A DNA stretch of 64,000 bases from Salinivirgaceae bacterium (lineage in GTDB: Bacteria; Bacteroidota; Bacteroidia; Bacteroidales; SZUA-534), in NCBI GenBank assembly GCA_024405635.1, contig JAKSOL010000004.1, forward strand, positions 64,001-128,000, read 5' to 3'. The position numbers and the translations under genes were made by a program. The notes under the pieces were generated by a model that saw nothing but the letters and a program-made list of their open reading frames with translations, ran no database searches and was not told the origin of the DNA. Shown piece by piece: positions 26,601 through 35,834 of this stretch; the stretch's first letter is position 1, and the number at the start of each line of letters is the position of its first letter.

Positions 26601-29600
26601 ATGGTAGTGGCACTGATCAAACAACCACCATTACTTATGGTCAGCCAATAAGCCCAATTGCCAATCCAACTGCTCCAGCCGATTACGACTTTGTAGGTTG
26701 GAACACCAACGCATCGGCAACTTCGGCCATTACATTTGACAATAATTACACAGCACCTGCTTCAAATGTCGATTTTTACGCCATTTATGCAATGAAAGGT
26801 GCTGCACAATACACTGTTAATCATTACAAACAAGACCTTGGCGCAACAACCTATACTTTGGCAAACTCGCAAACAGGTTCCGATATTCAAGACCGTTTGA
26901 CAAATGCAGTGGCCGAATCGTACGAGGGTTTTGCAGTTCAACCATTTGACCAAAAAACCATTACAGCCGATGGCAAAACAGTAGTTGACATTTACTACAA
27001 TCGCATTAGCTACAACCTAACTTGGGATTTTGCTGGTGGCACTTCAACCAACAACAACTACACCCAAGCAGGTGCTGTGCAATATGGCGCAACCATTGTT
27101 GCACCAACCCTAAGCCGCACAGGTTACGAAATGAGTTGGGCTACTCCTATTGCTAGTACCATGCCAGCCGAAAATGTTACATACACAGCAAGCTGGAATG
27201 CTAATAGCTACACCATTAGTTGGTTGATGAACGACGGAACAAACGATGCGTTTACTTCAACCTCAGTTAAATTTGACAACGATATTACTGCTCCAGCAAC
27301 AACTCCAACTCGCACTGGATACAACTTCAATGGTTGGGCTTCGTCTTCAAACGGCGCAGTGATTTCCAACTTTGGCAAACTTGCCACCACAAACGCAGTT
27401 TCGTACTACGCAGTGTGGTCAGCTAAACAATTTACTGCAACTTGGCACAAAAACGACGGCTCAAATGCTACTTCAACCACAAGCATAGTATTTGGACAAA
27501 CTGTTGAGCCAATTGCCAATCCAACTGCACCAACCGACTATCGTTTTGTAGGTTGGGGAACTTCAGCCGATGCAACTATTGCTATAAACTTTAACAATTA
27601 CACAGCATCAACCGACGTCGATTTCTATGCTATTTATGCAATGAAAGATGCTGCACAATACACAGTTAACCATTATCAGCAAGACCTTGGCAAAACAACA
27701 TACACTTTGCACCGCACTCAAACTGGTTCCGATATTCAAGACCGTTTGACCAACGCTGTTGCAGAGTCGTACGATGGCTTTGCAGTTCAACCGTTTAGTC
27801 AAAAAACTATTGCAGGCGATGGTTCAACTGTGGTTGACATTTACTACAACCGCATTAGTTACAACTTGGCTTGGGAGTTTGCAGGTGGAACACCAACAAA
27901 CAACAAATATACTCAAGCGGGAAGCATTCAATATGGTGCTGTAATTACCGCTCCAACTCTAAAACGCACAGGCTATTCTATGGTTTGGAACAATCCTATT
28001 GCTGCAACTATGCCTGCTGCCGATGTAACATACACTGCCGAGTGGAGTGCAAACGAGTATTCGGTTAAATGGATGATGAACGATGGAACAAACGATGTTC
28101 ACACTACATCGTATGTTTTGTTTAACGACAACATTGTGGTTCCTTCGGGTATCCCAAGTCGCGATGGTTATACTCACGCTGGTTGGAGCGATAGCAAAAC
28201 AGGCTCTGCTCTTACCGATTTTGGTAAACTAACAACTGCTGCCGACAAATCGTTTTATGCCGTTTGGGCTCCAAACCAATACACCGCAACTTGGCATTTG
28301 AATAATGGTTCTGACGAAACACAAACTAGTACAATAGTTTATGGTCAGCCAATTAGCCCTATTGCTAATCCAGCTGCGCCAACCGACTATGTTTTTGTAG
28401 GTTGGAATACCACCGCATCGGCTACAACAGCCATCACATTTAACGAGAGTTATGTTGCTCCTGCTTCAAACGTCGATTTTTACGCCGTTTATGCAATGAA
28501 AGGATCAGCGCAATACACAATTAACCATTATAAACAAGATTTAGGAGCCGATACCTACACCTTGGTAAGCACCGAAAAAGGTTCCGACATTCAAGACCGT
28601 TTGACAAGTGCACAAGCCGAATCGTTTGAAGGATTTGCAGCTCAAGACTTCGATCAACAACTAATTGCTGGCGACGGAACTACAGTGGTTAATATTTACT
28701 ACAATCGTATAAACTACAGCTTGACTTGGGATTTTGCCAATGGCACTCCAGTTGATGACAATTACACCAAATCGGGCAATGTGCAATATGGTGCAGCCAT
28801 TGTTGCTCCAACACTAAACCGCGTAGGTTATTCAATGGAATGGGATTCCCCAATTGCCGAAACAATGCCATCAAGCGATGTTTACTACACTGCACAATGG
28901 ACAGCTAATAACTACTCTGTCGATTGGATGTATAACGATGGAACTAGCCAACTATTCACAACAACAAATGTTGACTTTGACGAAAACATTGTAGCTCCAA
29001 CCGAACAACCAAGCCGCTTGGGTTACACTTTTGCTGGTTGGTCAAACACTCAAGACGGCGAGGCTGTAACCGACTTCGGAAAACTTACAACAACCAATCA
29101 AGTGTCGTTATATGCTACTTGGACAGCCAATAGCTACACCGCAACTTGGTTCAATAACGATGGTACCGATGACCAAACAACCACTCAAGTTGAATTTGGC
29201 CAATCTATTGTTGAGGTTGCTTCTCCTTCTCGCGAGGGTTACACCTTTGCAGGCTGGGGCGATGCAGCTAATGCTGAAACTGCCATTTCTGACTTTGGTA
29301 CAATGACAGTTGACGGTGCCGAATTCTTCGCTTTGTGGACAGCAAACAACTACGAAGCAAACTGGTACAACAACGATGGAACCGACAATAAAACAACCAC
29401 TCAAGTGGCATACGGACAACCAATTGAGCCAATTGCCGACTTGGAGCGCGAGGGATTCGCATTTATTGGCTGGGGACACGAACTTACTAGCGTAAGCAGC
29501 ACTATTGTAACCGATTTCGGTACAATGACTACCAACGGCGCTGATTTCTATGCAGTTTGGGAAAAGAACATTTACACCATCTCATGGTTTATAAACGATG

Positions 29601-31246
29601 CAGCCGGCTCAATGGTCGAAAGCAAAGCAAGTTTCAACGACGAAATAGTAGCGCCTATCACACCAATGATTACAGGATTTGCCTTTAATGGTTGGAGCAA
29701 GAGCGTAAGCGGAACAGTGGTTGATCTTTCGCAAGAGCGCATGCCAAGCCACAACGTGTCGTACTATGCAAGTTGGACTCCATGCAACTACACCATTAAT
29801 TGGTACAACAACGATGGAACCGACGATGTTCTAATCACCGAATTTGAATTTGGTCAACAAATTATAGCTCCTGAAAGCCCTACTCGCAAAGGTTACTTGT
29901 TCGCCGGTTGGGGAACCTCTGCCGATGCAGTTGAACCTCTTGCCGATTTGGGTACAGTAACCGTAAATGGTGCCGATTTTTATGCCATCTGGACTGCAAA
30001 TAGCTTTGCTGCAGTTTGGAACCTTAACAATGGTACCGACAGTTGCATAGTCAATACCGTAAACTTTGGCGATATTATTGTTGCTCCTGCTAATCCAATC
30101 CGCACAGGCTACAATTTTGTTGGTTGGGGCATATCTGCCGATGATTCTGAGCCACTTGCAAACTTTGGTACAATGACAACCAACGGTGCAACATTCTACG
30201 GCATTTGGACCAAAAACTCATACAATGTCGAATGGATGTTTAACGACGGAACCGACAATAAACTACAAACCGCAGTTGCATTTGGCGACAAAATTATAGC
30301 ACCAGCTAATCCTTCGCGCGACAATTACGTGTTTGCCGGTTGGAGCAACAGCGCTAATGGCAATGTGATAACCGACTTTGGAACAATGCAAGCCGACCAC
30401 TTAACATTCTACGCTAAATGGACCTTTGCTAACTCCGACTTTGACGACGACGGCATTTGCGACCTAAACTGCGATATTGATGGTGACGGTATTCCTGACC
30501 TTAACATCGATACCGACGGCGACGGAAAAGCCGACAAAAACATTGTCGATATTAAAGAATTGCTAACCTTCGACGTGGTTGACTATTTCACAACCTGCGA
30601 GTTTGAAGATGATATTGAATTGACTCCAGTAAGCGATTCAAAATACATGAACTACGTTGATTACACCTTCTCAATTGGCGATGCAAATTGTAGTGCAAAT
30701 GGTACAAGCATCAGTTTGCCAAGCGATGCAAACATTAACGACACCGTTACCATTACTTCGCAAATTGGTACCAGCCACTTGAGCAAACAAGTTGCTTACT
30801 CAATCAAACAACGCATTATAGCTACCATGTGGGACGATGTTGTAAGCGTAATCAACACTAACCATCAGTTTAACTCATACGTTTGGATGCACAATGGTAA
30901 AGAGGTTGGCACCAAACCGTTCTATCAAGAAGTGGGCGGTATAACCGGTCAATATTCGCTTGTGGCAACCAAAACCGATGGCAGCGTAGTTTACTCGTGC
31001 GACGAAAACTTTGGCTCAGCTCAACAACTAGTTGCTTATCCAAACCCTGTTGTCGATGTAGTTACCATTGCTGGTGGAACTTGGCATAGCGACCAAATAA
31101 TTAAAGTGTACAGCGCTAGCGGTGAGTTGGTTCTTGAACAACAAGCAACCGATGGTGAAGAACAAAAAATCGACCTATCGTCGTTGCCTCAAGGATCGTA
31201 CTTAATAATGATTGGAAACAAATCGGTTAACGTTGTAAAACAATAA
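23618..31246 (+). CDS. Giant T9SS-secreted surface protein/adhesin (~2540 aa): BspA-type LRR_5 head, InlB B/Flg_new repeats, type A CTD
   Basis: Signal peptide MNLKNKLVFALMLCASAVFA; YRGDVVIPATV..VTTIGKMAF and LPATVTSIGTYAF (TpLRR); repeated PSRxGYTFAGW..FYAVW units; AYPNPV..DLSSLPQGSYLIMIG CTD. Confidence 0.88.
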   Translation: MNLKNKLVFALMLCASAVFAQVEESSTDFGEGIAYDYDYYSNGEEAGGVYFKLDASTLQATVVAGPFQYRGDVVIPATVTVDGKTYAVTTIGKMAFCNCLELNSVKLGDNVETIKTQAFYIADNATSGSARPFFMDLDAPKLKTLESNCFYSTYVIGNTDINGNAVTSNTATNSVIKIGKNVQTIGSGIWQWGGGNYAQKFVVDPENQYYCTDEYGILYSKDKKTLVIAPRYLKLAMGNPTTFEYNIPETVTLVHSFAFYFVSTNNWLSLTGLDGISSITSCTVGSAIKSLNIGRNVKTVNIGGIMYSGYTDYTVSEGSPYFTVIDHVLYKLNSSGQPSELVHVSRASRSDTVRLPATVTSIGTYAFYSNQYVKGIDCSKATNLTSIAETAAHGAKFEIEYSNLPPGDNSPIYVDQYGIQYSKDRKKMLLWSSNVKADTVILPVELTTISVSALRENNYIQHIVMGKNVSSIADQTFNHRFANLKSFSVDPNNKNFKNDESGALYSKDGKKLRCFPRGNDSLTYKVLQGTTELPRYKVFSGNKNLQIIDLGNTMTKVDEQTITDIPNLSLIRVGTKNPPHAYLSSFSSNMYGRVRLYVPKEFERYYETASIWNKFVIIKDLAEYEKDVETLEIEVPVEIYEENIDDNDYTFASTKNGYKVVFREWTNYDMETYKEGFTIKRPIQQKQINRGGQAISIYAIRNRYNVSWKVGDTEVSSASLKYGAQIYPPVDPAAPVDYKFIGWSTNASATSAINFSDVYTVPANNITFYAIFVKKDAANYTVNHYKQDLGAKTYTLVSTQTGSDIQDRNTNAVAESYEGFTVVPFSQKVIAGDGSTVVNIYYNRNSYSLGWNFADGTPSDQNYTKSGSVQYGAALVAPTLLRTGYDMAWETTIPSTMPAQDVTYTAVWTAKEYPIKWMMNDGTDVVYSSGNVNYGTDIVAPAVNPSRVGYTFEGWSDSENGAVIANLGKMNTTSQVTYYAVWTIKQYTATWHLNNGSGTDQTTTITYGQPISPIANPTAPADYDFVGWNTNASATSAITFDNNYTAPASNVDFYAIYAMKGAAQYTVNHYKQDLGATTYTLANSQTGSDIQDRLTNAVAESYEGFAVQPFDQKTITADGKTVVDIYYNRISYNLTWDFAGGTSTNNNYTQAGAVQYGATIVAPTLSRTGYEMSWATPIASTMPAENVTYTASWNANSYTISWLMNDGTNDAFTSTSVKFDNDITAPATTPTRTGYNFNGWASSSNGAVISNFGKLATTNAVSYYAVWSAKQFTATWHKNDGSNATSTTSIVFGQTVEPIANPTAPTDYRFVGWGTSADATIAINFNNYTASTDVDFYAIYAMKDAAQYTVNHYQQDLGKTTYTLHRTQTGSDIQDRLTNAVAESYDGFAVQPFSQKTIAGDGSTVVDIYYNRISYNLAWEFAGGTPTNNKYTQAGSIQYGAVITAPTLKRTGYSMVWNNPIAATMPAADVTYTAEWSANEYSVKWMMNDGTNDVHTTSYVLFNDNIVVPSGIPSRDGYTHAGWSDSKTGSALTDFGKLTTAADKSFYAVWAPNQYTATWHLNNGSDETQTSTIVYGQPISPIANPAAPTDYVFVGWNTTASATTAITFNESYVAPASNVDFYAVYAMKGSAQYTINHYKQDLGADTYTLVSTEKGSDIQDRLTSAQAESFEGFAAQDFDQQLIAGDGTTVVNIYYNRINYSLTWDFANGTPVDDNYTKSGNVQYGAAIVAPTLNRVGYSMEWDSPIAETMPSSDVYYTAQWTANNYSVDWMYNDGTSQLFTTTNVDFDENIVAPTEQPSRLGYTFAGWSNTQDGEAVTDFGKLTTTNQVSLYATWTANSYTATWFNNDGTDDQTTTQVEFGQSIVEVASPSREGYTFAGWGDAANAETAISDFGTMTVDGAEFFALWTANNYEANWYNNDGTDNKTTTQVAYGQPIEPIADLEREGFAFIGWGHELTSVSSTIVTDFGTMTTNGADFYAVWEKNIYTISWFINDAAGSMVESKASFNDEIVAPITPMITGFAFNGWSKSVSGTVVDLSQERMPSHNVSYYASWTPCNYTINWYNNDGTDDVLITEFEFGQQIIAPESPTRKGYLFAGWGTSADAVEPLADLGTVTVNGADFYAIWTANSFAAVWNLNNGTDSCIVNTVNFGDIIVAPANPIRTGYNFVGWGISADDSEPLANFGTMTTNGATFYGIWTKNSYNVEWMFNDGTDNKLQTAVAFGDKIIAPANPSRDNYVFAGWSNSANGNVITDFGTMQADHLTFYAKWTFANSDFDDDGICDLNCDIDGDGIPDLNIDTDGDGKADKNIVDIKELLTFDVVDYFTTCEFEDDIELTPVSDSKYMNYVDYTFSIGDANCSANGTSISLPSDANINDTVTITSQIGTSHLSKQVAYSIKQRIIATMWDDVVSVINTNHQFNSYVWMHNGKEVGTKPFYQEVGGITGQYSLVATKTDGSVVYSCDENFGSAQQLVAYPNPVVDVVTIAGGTWHSDQIIKVYSASGELVLEQQATDGEEQKIDLSSLPQGSYLIMIGNKSVNVVKQ
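25740..29130 (+). repeat. Four intragenic tandem modules (~850 bp period) within adhesin B
   Basis: YT.NHY.QDLG..TYTL...GSDIQDR-coding DNA recurs at about 25976, 26831, 27680 and 28536. Confidence 0.8.
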
Positions 31247-31250
31247 GACA

Positions 31251-32129
31251 ATGAAAATGAATAAGATTATACTTTCGGTTGCATTGTTTTTTATAGCAGC
31301 AACCATCAGTGCTCAAGAAAACCAATTGTTGCACGTCGATTTAGGAACCGGACTACACACCTTGCAAGGTAAAGCCGCCGATGGCGACCATGGTCCACAA
31401 ATGGGCTACACCTTTAATCTTGGTTATCGCTATTTTATCGATGCCAATTGGGGCGTTGGCGCTGGCTTAGGCTTATCGAGCTACGCGGGAAAAACAACAT
31501 TTAACTTTGTTGAGCAAAGCGAGGCTTTTGACCCAAATGTATGGGTAGGTGGATCAAACTATTCGTTTAATACTTACTACAAAAACTTTGTTGAAAAACA
31601 GAGAGTTACTCAACTCGAAATTCCAATTGTTGCATACTACCGCATGCGCGACATTTCGCGTGGCTGGGACTTTGTAAGTAACATAGGCTTTAAGATAGGA
31701 GTGCCTGTTGTTAAAAAGTACAAACTTAAAGATGGAATGTACGAAACAAAAGGATATTACGATTCAGTTTTTGTAGAGCTCGACACATTGCCAAATCATG
31801 GTTTTTATGTGGTTGAGGCCAATAAACAGAAAATAAAGAGCCAATGCAAAAACTTTAGTCTATCCATTTGTGGCGAGGCTGGATTGCAACGTGTAATTAG
31901 CAAAGGAGTTTATGTTTATGGTGGCGTTTATTTTAGCTACAGCTTGTTAAGCTTGGCACAAAACAACAACAAACCACTTGTGTCGCCCAATGGAACATAC
32001 AACGGAACAATGGCATCAAACCAGTGCAGCCACGCCAACCCTTTGCAATTTGGCGTTAAAGCAAGCTTGTTGGTAAACTTTAACAAAGTGCGACAAATTT
32101 TGCACATACAAACTCGCACAAAATTCTAA
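31251..32129 (+). CDS. Outer-membrane beta-barrel protein, paralog B
   Basis: Same length (292 aa) and motifs as 9373-10251: QENQLLHVDLG.GLHTLQGK, HANPLQFGVKASL. Confidence 0.75.
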   Translation: MKMNKIILSVALFFIAATISAQENQLLHVDLGTGLHTLQGKAADGDHGPQMGYTFNLGYRYFIDANWGVGAGLGLSSYAGKTTFNFVEQSEAFDPNVWVGGSNYSFNTYYKNFVEKQRVTQLEIPIVAYYRMRDISRGWDFVSNIGFKIGVPVVKKYKLKDGMYETKGYYDSVFVELDTLPNHGFYVVEANKQKIKSQCKNFSLSICGEAGLQRVISKGVYVYGGVYFSYSLLSLAQNNNKPLVSPNGTYNGTMASNQCSHANPLQFGVKASLLVNFNKVRQILHIQTRTKF

Positions 32130-32148
32130 ATAGTTTATCCAAACCATC

Positions 32149-32193
32149 AAAAAACGGGAATTTTCACCACTACTGAAGATTCCCGTTTTTTTT
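32149..32193 (+). terminator. Intrinsic terminator after the adhesin B-barrel operon
   Basis: AAAAAACGGGAAT...ATTCCCGTTTTTTT. Confidence 0.85.
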
Positions 32194-32253
32194 GTGTCGA
32201 GCGCTAACCTTATCCTATTGTTAAAATAGTAACTGCTTTTTGAAAGGAAAGCA

Positions 32254-32261
32254 TACCTTTG
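32254..32261 (+). promoter_or_regulatory. Candidate -7 promoter element for the S46 peptidase
   Basis: TACCTTTG, 26 bp upstream of the ATG. Confidence 0.55.
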
Positions 32262-32287
32262 TCATCAAAAGAAAAATTTAAAGAGTT

Positions 32288-34429
32288 ATGAAAAAAATAT
32301 TGCTTTTTGCAGTTACTGCAATTCTGCTATCGACATCAAAAGTTAGGGCCGACGAAGGAATGTGGTTGCCGTTGCTTATTGAGCGAAACATGGCAACAAT
32401 GACCGAGTTGGGATTAAAACTCACAGCCGACGACATTTATAACATTAATCAAGCCTGTCTTGCAAATGCCATTGTAGCACTCGACGAAGGAAGTTGCACA
32501 GCATCGCTTGTGTCGCCTGAGGGTTTGCTTATCACCAACCACCATTGCGGCTACGGCGAAATACAAAATCATAGCACAGTTGACAACGACCTGCTCACCA
32601 ACGGTTTTTGGGCTCATAGTTACGCCGAAGAACTGCCAAATCCTGGCAAGTCGGTTCAGTTTTTACTTAAAGCCGAAGATGTAACGGAGCGTGTGTTGTC
32701 GGCAGTACCAAGTAACGCTTCGTATGATGAGCGTCGAAAAATTGTTGATAGCGTGTGCGCCGTTTTGTTCAACGAAAATACAATTGAGGAAAAACAGATA
32801 TTTGGCCTTGTTGAAAGTGTTTTCGAGAGTAATAAATACTATTTATTTGTATATCAACATTATAACGATGTTCGTTTGGTAGCAGCTCCACCCGAGTCGC
32901 TTGGCAAATATGGCGGCGACACCGATAATTGGATGTGGCCTCGTCACACTTGCGACTTTTCAATGTTTCGCGTTTACTGCGCACCCGATGGCTCTCCAGC
33001 TAAGTATAGCGAGAACAATGTTCCTCTAAAATCGAAACAATTTTTGCCCATTTCGCTTAAAGGATACAACAAAGGCGACTTTTCAATGGTTATGGGTTAT
33101 CCAGGCTCAACCGAGCGCTACATAACATCGTGGGAAACACAATCGCTTATGACCACCAATGCCGACCGTGCAGCTATTCGTGGTGTTAAACAAGATATTT
33201 GGAAAAAACACATGGATGCCAACGAAAAAACACGCATTCAGTACGCTTCAAAGTACGCTCGCTCGTCAAACTATTGGAAAAACGCCATTGGCCAAAACCG
33301 CGGACTAAAACGCTTGCATGTGGTTGAAAGCAAACGTCAACTTGAGTCACAATTTGCTAATTGGGTAGCACAATCGCCCGAGCGCCAAACCAAATACGGC
33401 AAAGCTTTAAGCTTGATTGAAAACAATATTGTGCCTTGCGCAAAAGCATCGCAAATCGATAATTATTTGTACGAAACACAATGGGGTGGCTCTGAAATAA
33501 TTCGTTTTGCAAGCCGATGCTATCGTTTAGAAAAAAAATTGAAAAGCGGCTCAACCGACATTGAAAAAGATGTGGCAACATTGCGTAATCAAGCAACCGA
33601 CTTTTTCAAAGATTACAACGCAAACCTTGACCGCGAAGCAACAACCGCATTGGTAAAAATGTATATGGACAACATCGACTCTCAATATTGGCCACATTAT
33701 ATGTTTACCATCAAAAACAAGTACAAAGGCGATGTGAACAAGTTCGTGAACCAAATGTTTGCTAAATCAATATTCTGTAACGAACAGAAATTCAATGCTT
33801 TCCTTGCAAAACCAAGTGCAAAACAACTTCAATCCGATTTGGCATTTGTAGCAGCAACAAGCATTATCCAGATATCGCAAAACTCGCAAACCGAAAACAA
33901 CGAAAAGCTATTGAACGAGGGAAAACGCCTTTTTCTTGCTGGACTTATGGAAATGTTCCCCGATAAGAATTTCTATCCCGATGCCAACTCAACCATGCGC
34001 TTAACTTACGGAACAGTAGGCGATTACAAACCAGCTGATGCGGTTCGTTACGATTATTTTACCACCATGGATGGTGTGATGGAAAAAGAAGACTCAACTA
34101 ATCGTGAGTTTATTGTTCCTGCCAAGTTGAAAGAAATTTACCAAGCAAAAGATTACGGCCAATACGGAAATGCCGACGGCACAATGAACGTTTGTTTTAC
34201 CACCAACAACGACATAACTGGAGGTAATTCGGGTAGTCCAGTAATAAATGCAAACGGCGAACTTATTGGTCTCGCGTTTGATGGTAACTGGGAAGCTATG
34301 AGCGGCGACATTGCTTTTGAACCTGAACTGCAAAAATGTATTGTAGTCGATATTCGCTATGTGATGCTGATTATCGATAAGTTTGCTGGAGCACAAAATC
34401 TTGTTGATGAGATGTTGTTGCGCCAATAA
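32288..34429 (+). CDS. dpp7: S46 family dipeptidyl peptidase, DPP7-like
   Basis: ADEGMWLP N-terminus, TNHHC, DNWMWPRHTCDFS and DITGGNSGSPV catalytic Ser motif. FDGNWEAMS has Gly (DPP7-type) rather than Arg (DPP11-type). Confidence 0.88.
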   Translation: MKKILLFAVTAILLSTSKVRADEGMWLPLLIERNMATMTELGLKLTADDIYNINQACLANAIVALDEGSCTASLVSPEGLLITNHHCGYGEIQNHSTVDNDLLTNGFWAHSYAEELPNPGKSVQFLLKAEDVTERVLSAVPSNASYDERRKIVDSVCAVLFNENTIEEKQIFGLVESVFESNKYYLFVYQHYNDVRLVAAPPESLGKYGGDTDNWMWPRHTCDFSMFRVYCAPDGSPAKYSENNVPLKSKQFLPISLKGYNKGDFSMVMGYPGSTERYITSWETQSLMTTNADRAAIRGVKQDIWKKHMDANEKTRIQYASKYARSSNYWKNAIGQNRGLKRLHVVESKRQLESQFANWVAQSPERQTKYGKALSLIENNIVPCAKASQIDNYLYETQWGGSEIIRFASRCYRLEKKLKSGSTDIEKDVATLRNQATDFFKDYNANLDREATTALVKMYMDNIDSQYWPHYMFTIKNKYKGDVNKFVNQMFAKSIFCNEQKFNAFLAKPSAKQLQSDLAFVAATSIIQISQNSQTENNEKLLNEGKRLFLAGLMEMFPDKNFYPDANSTMRLTYGTVGDYKPADAVRYDYFTTMDGVMEKEDSTNREFIVPAKLKEIYQAKDYGQYGNADGTMNVCFTTNNDITGGNSGSPVINANGELIGLAFDGNWEAMSGDIAFEPELQKCIVVDIRYVMLIIDKFAGAQNLVDEMLLRQ

Positions 34430-34617
34430 ATCAAAATAAGAATTGCAAGCAGACAAGTTGTTTGACCTGAAAAATAGTTGAAGAAAGACTTGGTTTTTAG
34501 AGCGTGAAAACAAAAAAATACTCGTCAAACAATAAATTGCTATATTCGCACGCTTTTATGCAAGGTGGAGCAGTGGCTCTTGCCTTATCAAATGGAAAAT
34601 ATTTAAACTGATATAGA

Positions 34618-35754
34618 ATGAGAAAATCAATTCGTTCAATCCTTATGGTGTTGGCTGTTGGCTTGCTTTCGGTTAACTGTGAGGATACCGAAGATTACCT
34701 TGGTAATTGGGTTCACTCTGCCGACCTTAATGCTCGTGGTCGTTCGCGCGCAACAGCATTAATGATTGGATCAAAAGTTTATTTGGTTGGTGGTATTGGA
34801 TACTACAAAACCGTAGAGTATTACCGCGATGTTTGGGCATTTGATGCAGCAACTCGCACTTGGGACCCAGGAAATCTTTACGATTCAATTCCAGAAACCG
34901 ACTCGGTAAAAGCTCCTTTAACAACCAACTATAAAAAAGGTCGTAGTGGACGTGGCTCTGGCGCCGGTTTTGTTGTCGATGGCAAAGCATACTATGGCAC
35001 AGGTTTGGGTAAAGATGGTATCTACTACCGCGACTTCTATCGTTTTGACCCAACAGCCGAAAAAGGTTCGCAATGGACTAACCTTGAAACCGAGGGCGAC
35101 ATTTATCCTGGCGATGAAGTGTATGGCGCAGTTGGCTTTGAAGTTGACAATATTGGTTATATCGGTACAGGATTGACCAAAAACTTTGGATATTCAAACA
35201 CCTTCTATCAATACGATCCAACCAAAGCTAAAGGTGAACGTTGGAGCATTGTTGAAAACGTAAGTGCAGCAAAACGCTCAATGGCTTGCACCTTTACTAT
35301 CGACAACAAAGTTTACATATTCGGTGGCGTTAAAAACGGCATTTTGGTTGAAGAGTTTGAACGCTTTGATCCAAATGCAGGCGAGGGTGGAATACGTTGG
35401 TATAAGGTTAGTCAAGACTATCGCCGCGACTATCACGAAAACACTATGAACCGCCAAAACTGCGCAGCTTTTTCAGCTGGTGGCCGTGGTTATGTTGTTG
35501 GTGGTCAACGTTCGTCAGGCTCAGTACTAGGCGACACTTGGGAGTATATTCCTCGTGGTGGTCGATACAAACGTGGAGTTTGGACTCAACGAGCATCAAT
35601 CGAAGGAGCAAGCCGCTATGGTGCAGTTGGTTTCTCTTATAACGATATTGGTTTTGTTGCTTGTGGTCAACGTGGTAGCGATGCTTCAAGTTACTTTGAA
35701 GATGTTTGGAGCTTCTATCCACAAGAAGATTACGACAAGCATACATATAAATGA
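34618..35754 (+). CDS. Kelch-repeat beta-propeller lipoprotein
   Basis: Lipobox-like LLSVN-C; repeated R....F.I..K.Y..GG/TG....D.W.FDP....W units. Confidence 0.85.
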   Translation: MRKSIRSILMVLAVGLLSVNCEDTEDYLGNWVHSADLNARGRSRATALMIGSKVYLVGGIGYYKTVEYYRDVWAFDAATRTWDPGNLYDSIPETDSVKAPLTTNYKKGRSGRGSGAGFVVDGKAYYGTGLGKDGIYYRDFYRFDPTAEKGSQWTNLETEGDIYPGDEVYGAVGFEVDNIGYIGTGLTKNFGYSNTFYQYDPTKAKGERWSIVENVSAAKRSMACTFTIDNKVYIFGGVKNGILVEEFERFDPNAGEGGIRWYKVSQDYRRDYHENTMNRQNCAAFSAGGRGYVVGGQRSSGSVLGDTWEYIPRGGRYKRGVWTQRASIEGASRYGAVGFSYNDIGFVACGQRGSDASSYFEDVWSFYPQEDYDKHTYK

Positions 35755-35772
35755 TTTCAATCTTAAAACAAT

Positions 35773-35800
35773 AAGGGGAATCGGCTTGGTTTCCCTTTTT
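35773..35800 (+). terminator. Hairpin plus T-run between the Kelch paralogs
   Basis: AAGGGGAAatcggcttggtTTCCCTTTTT, with an imperfect stem. Confidence 0.5.
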
Positions 35801-35834
35801 GTTTTTGTACAATACCAGACACAAACAAATCATT

